This document shows positions 5,143-9,698 of a DNA stretch of 9,698 nt, one piece after another. The position numbers and the translations under genes were made by a program. The notes beneath the pieces were generated by a model. That model was not told where the DNA came from, made no database searches, and saw only the letters and a program-made list of their open reading frames with translations. How positions within the stretch are numbered: the first letter of the stretch is position 1; each line of letters opens with the position of its first letter. The DNA lies in the NCBI GenBank assembly GCA_054661495.1, contig BAAFSQ010000344.1, positions 1 through 9,698 of the forward strand, given 5' to 3'. The stretch is from Zygophlyctis sp. KS116 (taxonomy: Eukaryota > Fungi > Chytridiomycota).

Positions 5143-8100
5143 ATGACAGAAAGAGAACCTATGAATATTGGACATGAAAGAGCTCCATCACCACTTGATA
5201 CAGTGATTAATAATGCCGTGAATATAGAACAAATTGCAATTAAGCAAAATGAAATGGAACAAATGATGGCCCAAATGTACTCTATGATATCAAAATTGGA
5301 GGTATCCCAACAGCAAAAAAAGGAATTTAACTGTGCATCCAGAGACGCGAAGATGCCGGATGTCAGAGAATTTACTGGGGATGCTCGAGAATACAACCAA
5401 TTTGAAATTTTGTTAGAGGCTTTCTTCCGTAATCAGCCAATTAAATTTGCTCAAGACTTCTCTAAAATTGACTATGTGGGGTCCAGACTGACCGGAAAAG
5501 CTTTGGAGTGGTACACCAACTTTAAAATGGGAGAGCGGAAGAAGGAAAGTGCTGCATCTTATTCTTATGCAGTTTTCTGGGAAAAGTTCTCGAAACACTT
5601 CAAAGCTAAGTATAGTGATATGGTGGCAGAACATCAGATACATCAGTTGAGACAAGGGAAATCTAGTATTAAGGATTATATATCAGAATTTGAGAATGTT
5701 TTGGCTCTTACATCACACGTTTCCGATGTTAAAGGCATTTTCTTACGATCTGTAAACGAAAAGACTCTACATGATATTCTTTCTAACTCTCTTGTACTAC
5801 CACAACTGATTGAAGATTACGACTTTTTAAAGGATTGGTTAATGCAAAGACATGCTCATCAGGAAATTATCTCTTTGGCTGGACAAAATTTCTTACCGGT
5901 TCCTCTCGCTTCGTCAAGTCCAGTAACTGCTATGAATGACCCAGTTGTGCCCATGGATCTTAGTCGGGTTGAACAAAAGACGGGAAAATTTAAACCAAAA
6001 TGGAAATTTATCTCACCCGATGAATACAAAAAATTTAAGAGCATTTGTCTAGCGAATCAAATTTGTTTCAGCTGCCGGGAGTATAAGGGCCATATGGATG
6101 ATTGTGCGTTAAATACAACTGATTCAGTTTACTTGTCAGTCATCAATGAGAGCGAGATTAGAGTGGAAATCGTTATAGACCAACCTTGTTTCTCTACACT
6201 TCATGCATTAGTTGATACTGGAGCTCAGGGCAATGCGATAATCAGCTCTAGATTTATTAAGAAACATAATATCAAAACTCAAATATGCTCGCGAGTTGAT
6301 TTGAAAGCCTTTGATGGTTCTACATTGGATACAATTAACCGAACCACATTACCCCTGCAGTGCTGCATAAATGGCAATTTTTATAATATTTCGTTTTTGG
6401 TAGCCAATCATCTAAAAGAAGATGCTATTTTGGGGCTAGATTGGTTGAAAAGGAATTCTATTGTTATTGATTGCGTGGACGGTACATTGCACCGTCGGGA
6501 AAAAGTTTTCAAAATTCGGGTGGTTGAGGTTTTAGACGAAATGCCTGCCTCACAAATACCACCTTATTTGACTGAATTTCAGGATGTTTTCGATTTGGGA
6601 AAGGCGAATCAACTACCCCCTTACAACCTCGATACCGCCATGTCTATTAATTTGGTTCCCGAAGCTACAATTCCGCAATCATTCCCTTATAAATTGTCTA
6701 AACAAGAGGAGATAGCTCTGAAACAGGAAATAGATCAGGGTTTGGCATCTGGGAAAATTGTTTGTTCAGATGCTTTTGGATCATCCCCTGTACTATTCGT
6801 TAAAAAAGATAGTGGAAAGCTACGTATGTGTGTTGACTATCGGAAAGTCAATGATTTAACTGTTTCGGAACAGGCAATTCTTCCTGATATTCAAGAGGTT
6901 CTGGCATCATTAGGTGACCAATCTGACAAAAAACCACTATATTCTAAACTAGATCTGAAAGGCGCATTCAATTTGTTACGTCTTACTCAAGGATCCGAGG
7001 AATTATCAACATTTATTACTAAATTTGGTAAATATAAATATCGAGTCATACCTTTCGGGTTGAAAAACGCCCCTGGTCACTTTCAAAATGTCATGAACAA
7101 ATTGATGTCAGATCTTATTGGACAAGGAGTTTATGTTTACATCGACGACATCATTATCTATGAGCGAGACTCAGAAAAACACCGTAACTTACTACGTAGA
7201 GTTTTATCTGCCTTACGTGAGGCAGGTCTGGTAGCAAACTTATCAAAATGTCATTTTATGCAGGATGAAGTAGAATTTCTCGGTTTTAGCCTTGGTCAGC
7301 AGGGTATCCGTATGCTAAAATCCAAGATAGATGCCATCGAATGTTTTTCATGTCCTAAATCAGTAAAACAGCTCCAGTCGTTTTTAGGGATCTGTAATTT
7401 TTATCGGTCCTTTTTGCCACACTATACTGAAACATGCAAACCACTATTGCAATTACTAAAAAAGAATAATCAATTTCTCTGGACAACAGACTGCGAAATG
7501 GCTTTTATTAAATTGAAGAAAATGTTTAGGGAAGAAACATTTTTGAAACTGCCCAATCGTTCTGCACCTTTTTTCTTATTTTGCGATGCATCTAACTTCG
7601 CAATTGGTGCAGCTTTACATCAACAGTCGCAGGAGGGTGAGTTGCAACCGATTGCCTTTTTCTCTCGCAAACTTTCTGATTCTGAAAGAAATTATACAAT
7701 TTTCGATAAGGAGTTATTGGCTATCAAAGAACCCCTTGCTTATTGGAGACACCTCTTGATTGCAACTGATACTCCTATTACTATATACTCAGATCATGAT
7801 AATCTTACTTTTTTCAAATCAGCCCAAAAACTAAACCAGCGACAGGCTCGTTGGCAGCAGTTCTTAGCCGATTACAATTTTAAGATAGAACATATATCAG
7901 GAACCTTAAACACAGTGGCTGATGCTCTATCACGCAGGAAAGATTATTCTGATTCTTCACCGCATGTTGCTACGCTCTTGCCAAAAAATCTTTTTATTTC
8001 AGCTATTGAAACAGCATCCCCCACTACTTCGCTAGAGGAAACTGCAATTAATGATCCAGCATCTACTACCTATGCTACTTGGCCAATCTTCATGTACGAC

Positions 8101-9456
8101 TTCTTGGTTCATAAGCGTATTCCAATCAATCTGCCCACTCGATTTCAAAACCGGATTCGTAAAGAACAAAGTTCTTTTTATGTTAGTCAAGGTCAACTGT
8201 TTCGGAAAGTTCAGTTCAACAATCAGCTGGTTGCTGTCCCATATCTTTATCATGCAGACCGGAGTGATGTAATGAAAACAACTCACGAAACCCTTGGTCA
8301 TTTGGGATTCAGGGCTACTTTTCCATCATTGTGCGTTCGTTTTTGGTGGCCGGGAGTAAGAGCTGACTATGAACATTACTGTAAAACTTGTAGAGCATGT
8401 CAGATGAATAACAATAGTACTCGACCTCAGCGCCATCCGATGCATCCTCTTCCGGATCCGGGTGTACCTTTCCATACTTGGCATTTAGATTTTATCCAAG
8501 ATTTACCCGAATCATCTACTGGAAAAACACAGATTTTGATTGCTGTGGATCGCTCTACCCGTTTTTCAATGGCTGCTTCATTTTCCAATCGTGATACTGG
8601 CTCAGTCCTAGGATTTTTACACACTCTTTGTACCCGCTTTGGAGTTCCTGCCCGGATTATAACTGACAGAGCTAAATATTTCATGAATGAGTTTGAGGAG
8701 TATTGCAATTCTCAGGGGATTAAAGTGGACCACACTGCCGCTTATCACCCACAAACTAATGCTTTGGTTGAACGAACAAATGGGATATTAGAGGGAATTT
8801 TGCGCAAATATTGTAATGGAATGTGGTCAAAATGGGATTTATTTCTTGATACTGCTGTTTTCAATCTAAATAGCAGGACACACTCAACTACGGGCTATAC
8901 CCCTTTTTATCTGGCGCATGGCGTGAGCCCCCGATTTCCTCTACATTCTGATCCACCTCGCTTATTTAACTTTCGTAACCCTGAAGATAGGCTTTTATAT
9001 ACTGCTAGGGAGTTAGAAAATCTGGGTCAGGCTAGAGCGGCTTCTCTTTTTAGATCCAACTCTCACGCAAAGAAGATTGCTCAGAATTATGATGAAGTAC
9101 ATAATGCAGTGAGTGACCGATTTATGCCTGGCCAGTTTGTAAAACGCATTAGAAAGCGGTTACCCAACCAAATGATCCCAAAGTTAGCTACACGGTGGGA
9201 AGGACCTTTCATTATTGAGAGCGTGGGGCCACATGATTCTTATATTCTTAAAAGGCCTAATGGGGAATTGGAACCTCATTCAGTCAATGCAAATCACTTA
9301 GCTCATTACATAAATGATCAGAATTTAAGTGTAATTCGATTTGATTCAGAAGTCAGTTTTATTCTTCATAAACGCTTCTATTTATCCTGTGGGTTTTCAT
9401 GTGTATTGGCGACTGCTTGGAAGGAGTCTGGAGGGGAGCATGCTGTCAGTAAGTGA
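5143..9456 (+). CDS. gag-pol: Gag-Pol polyprotein of element B (1437 aa from the first ATG)
   Basis: Capsid (MPDVREFTG...LTGKALEWY, QGKSSIKDYISEF, VPMDLS). Variant knuckle CFSCREYKGHMDDC (6064-6105). Protease VDTGA (DTG 6214-6222). RT LRMCVDYRKVN, PFGLKNAP and YIDD (7138-7149). RNase H CDASNFA..DKELL..SDH..ADALSR. Integrase HETLGH..CRAC, LDF/TDRA/VER, GPF (9202-9210). The stop lies 11-13 nt inside the 3' LTR. Confidence 0.96.
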   Translation: MTEREPMNIGHERAPSPLDTVINNAVNIEQIAIKQNEMEQMMAQMYSMISKLEVSQQQKKEFNCASRDAKMPDVREFTGDAREYNQFEILLEAFFRNQPIKFAQDFSKIDYVGSRLTGKALEWYTNFKMGERKKESAASYSYAVFWEKFSKHFKAKYSDMVAEHQIHQLRQGKSSIKDYISEFENVLALTSHVSDVKGIFLRSVNEKTLHDILSNSLVLPQLIEDYDFLKDWLMQRHAHQEIISLAGQNFLPVPLASSSPVTAMNDPVVPMDLSRVEQKTGKFKPKWKFISPDEYKKFKSICLANQICFSCREYKGHMDDCALNTTDSVYLSVINESEIRVEIVIDQPCFSTLHALVDTGAQGNAIISSRFIKKHNIKTQICSRVDLKAFDGSTLDTINRTTLPLQCCINGNFYNISFLVANHLKEDAILGLDWLKRNSIVIDCVDGTLHRREKVFKIRVVEVLDEMPASQIPPYLTEFQDVFDLGKANQLPPYNLDTAMSINLVPEATIPQSFPYKLSKQEEIALKQEIDQGLASGKIVCSDAFGSSPVLFVKKDSGKLRMCVDYRKVNDLTVSEQAILPDIQEVLASLGDQSDKKPLYSKLDLKGAFNLLRLTQGSEELSTFITKFGKYKYRVIPFGLKNAPGHFQNVMNKLMSDLIGQGVYVYIDDIIIYERDSEKHRNLLRRVLSALREAGLVANLSKCHFMQDEVEFLGFSLGQQGIRMLKSKIDAIECFSCPKSVKQLQSFLGICNFYRSFLPHYTETCKPLLQLLKKNNQFLWTTDCEMAFIKLKKMFREETFLKLPNRSAPFFLFCDASNFAIGAALHQQSQEGELQPIAFFSRKLSDSERNYTIFDKELLAIKEPLAYWRHLLIATDTPITIYSDHDNLTFFKSAQKLNQRQARWQQFLADYNFKIEHISGTLNTVADALSRRKDYSDSSPHVATLLPKNLFISAIETASPTTSLEETAINDPASTTYATWPIFMYDFLVHKRIPINLPTRFQNRIRKEQSSFYVSQGQLFRKVQFNNQLVAVPYLYHADRSDVMKTTHETLGHLGFRATFPSLCVRFWWPGVRADYEHYCKTCRACQMNNNSTRPQRHPMHPLPDPGVPFHTWHLDFIQDLPESSTGKTQILIAVDRSTRFSMAASFSNRDTGSVLGFLHTLCTRFGVPARIITDRAKYFMNEFEEYCNSQGIKVDHTAAYHPQTNALVERTNGILEGILRKYCNGMWSKWDLFLDTAVFNLNSRTHSTTGYTPFYLAHGVSPRFPLHSDPPRLFNFRNPEDRLLYTARELENLGQARAASLFRSNSHAKKIAQNYDEVHNAVSDRFMPGQFVKRIRKRLPNQMIPKLATRWEGPFIIESVGPHDSYILKRPNGELEPHSVNANHLAHYINDQNLSVIRFDSEVSFILHKRFYLSCGFSCVLATAWKESGGEHAVSK
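9430..9443 (+). other. Polypurine tract (PPT) of element B
   Basis: GGAGGGGAG(CATGC) immediately before the TG of the 3' LTR. Confidence 0.85.
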
Positions 9457-9698
9457 TTTCTTATGTCCCTATCATGTTATAAGAATGATTTAATTCTTAT
9501 TAAACTATAGGATATCACCTTATATGAATTATTACTAGTGAAGCTTATTAGGTCTGTGGCTGACGTGTTAGGTTGAAACACGTCGGACCTTTTCCTTTAT
9601 AGCAAATATCAATAAAGATATTTGATTATAAAGGTAATACAATAAAGATATTTGATTATAAAGTGTGTATCTGAGATAACTTAGTTTTACATCTCACA
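9444..9698 (+). repeat. 3' LTR of element B (255 bp)
   Basis: Identical by eye to 4870-5124. Ends in CA at the last base of the window. Confidence 0.97.
9611..9646 (+). terminator. Two putative poly(A) signals AATAAA (9611-9616, 9641-9646) in the 3' LTR of B
   Basis: Canonical hexamers 12 and 42 nt downstream of the predicted R start, followed by GT-rich GTGTGTAT. Confidence 0.55.

Larger units (their letters stand above)
4870..9698 (+). mobile_element. Full-length, apparently intact Ty3/Gypsy LTR retrotransposon 'B' (Tf1/sushi-like self-priming type), 4829 bp
   Basis: 255-bp direct repeats at 4870-5124 and 9444-9698 (TGTCAG...CTCACA). Uninterrupted Gag-PR-RT-RH-IN ORF, PBS and PPT. Confidence 0.97.

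Noticed and set aside
5082-8708. Short antisense or alternate-frame ORFs within element B (61-104 aa)
   Set aside because: Shadow ORFs overlapping gag-pol with no recognisable motifs.
9310-9456. env gene or chromodomain after the integrase
   Set aside because: There is no space for an extra ORF and no recognisable chromodomain motif in either element's tail.
2-9698. One element duplicated as a large inverted repeat, or a DIRS/TIR-type element
   Set aside because: A and B LTRs are not reverse complements beyond TGT...ACA and the proteins are clearly different. Both have DDE integrases and direct LTRs, with no tyrosine recombinase.

Overview
Eukaryotic DNA, probably fungal (inferred from element type only). 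The window is filled almost entirely by two different full-length Ty3/Gypsy (Metaviridae) LTR retrotransposons, placed head-to-head with only 4 bp (TGAT, 4866-4869) between their 5' LTRs. Element A is on the minus strand (2-4865, 297-bp LTRs) and element B on the plus strand (4870-9698, 255-bp LTRs). Each LTR pair looks identical by eye, so both insertions appear recent. Each element has one Gag-PR-RT-RNaseH-IN reading frame. Neither has a tRNA primer-binding site; each has a 10-11 nt PBS complementary to a sequence in its own LTR, the Tf1/sushi-type self-priming signature. Neither has a recognisable chromodomain, and both reading frames run through the PPT into the 3' LTR (A only after correcting a frameshift). 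A carries a +1 frameshift just after the integrase GPF motif. B's LTR has a 17-bp hairpin whose loop is exactly AATAAA and whose stem overlaps the self-primer. Flanking DNA and TSDs lie outside the window, so the origin of the pair cannot be settled here.
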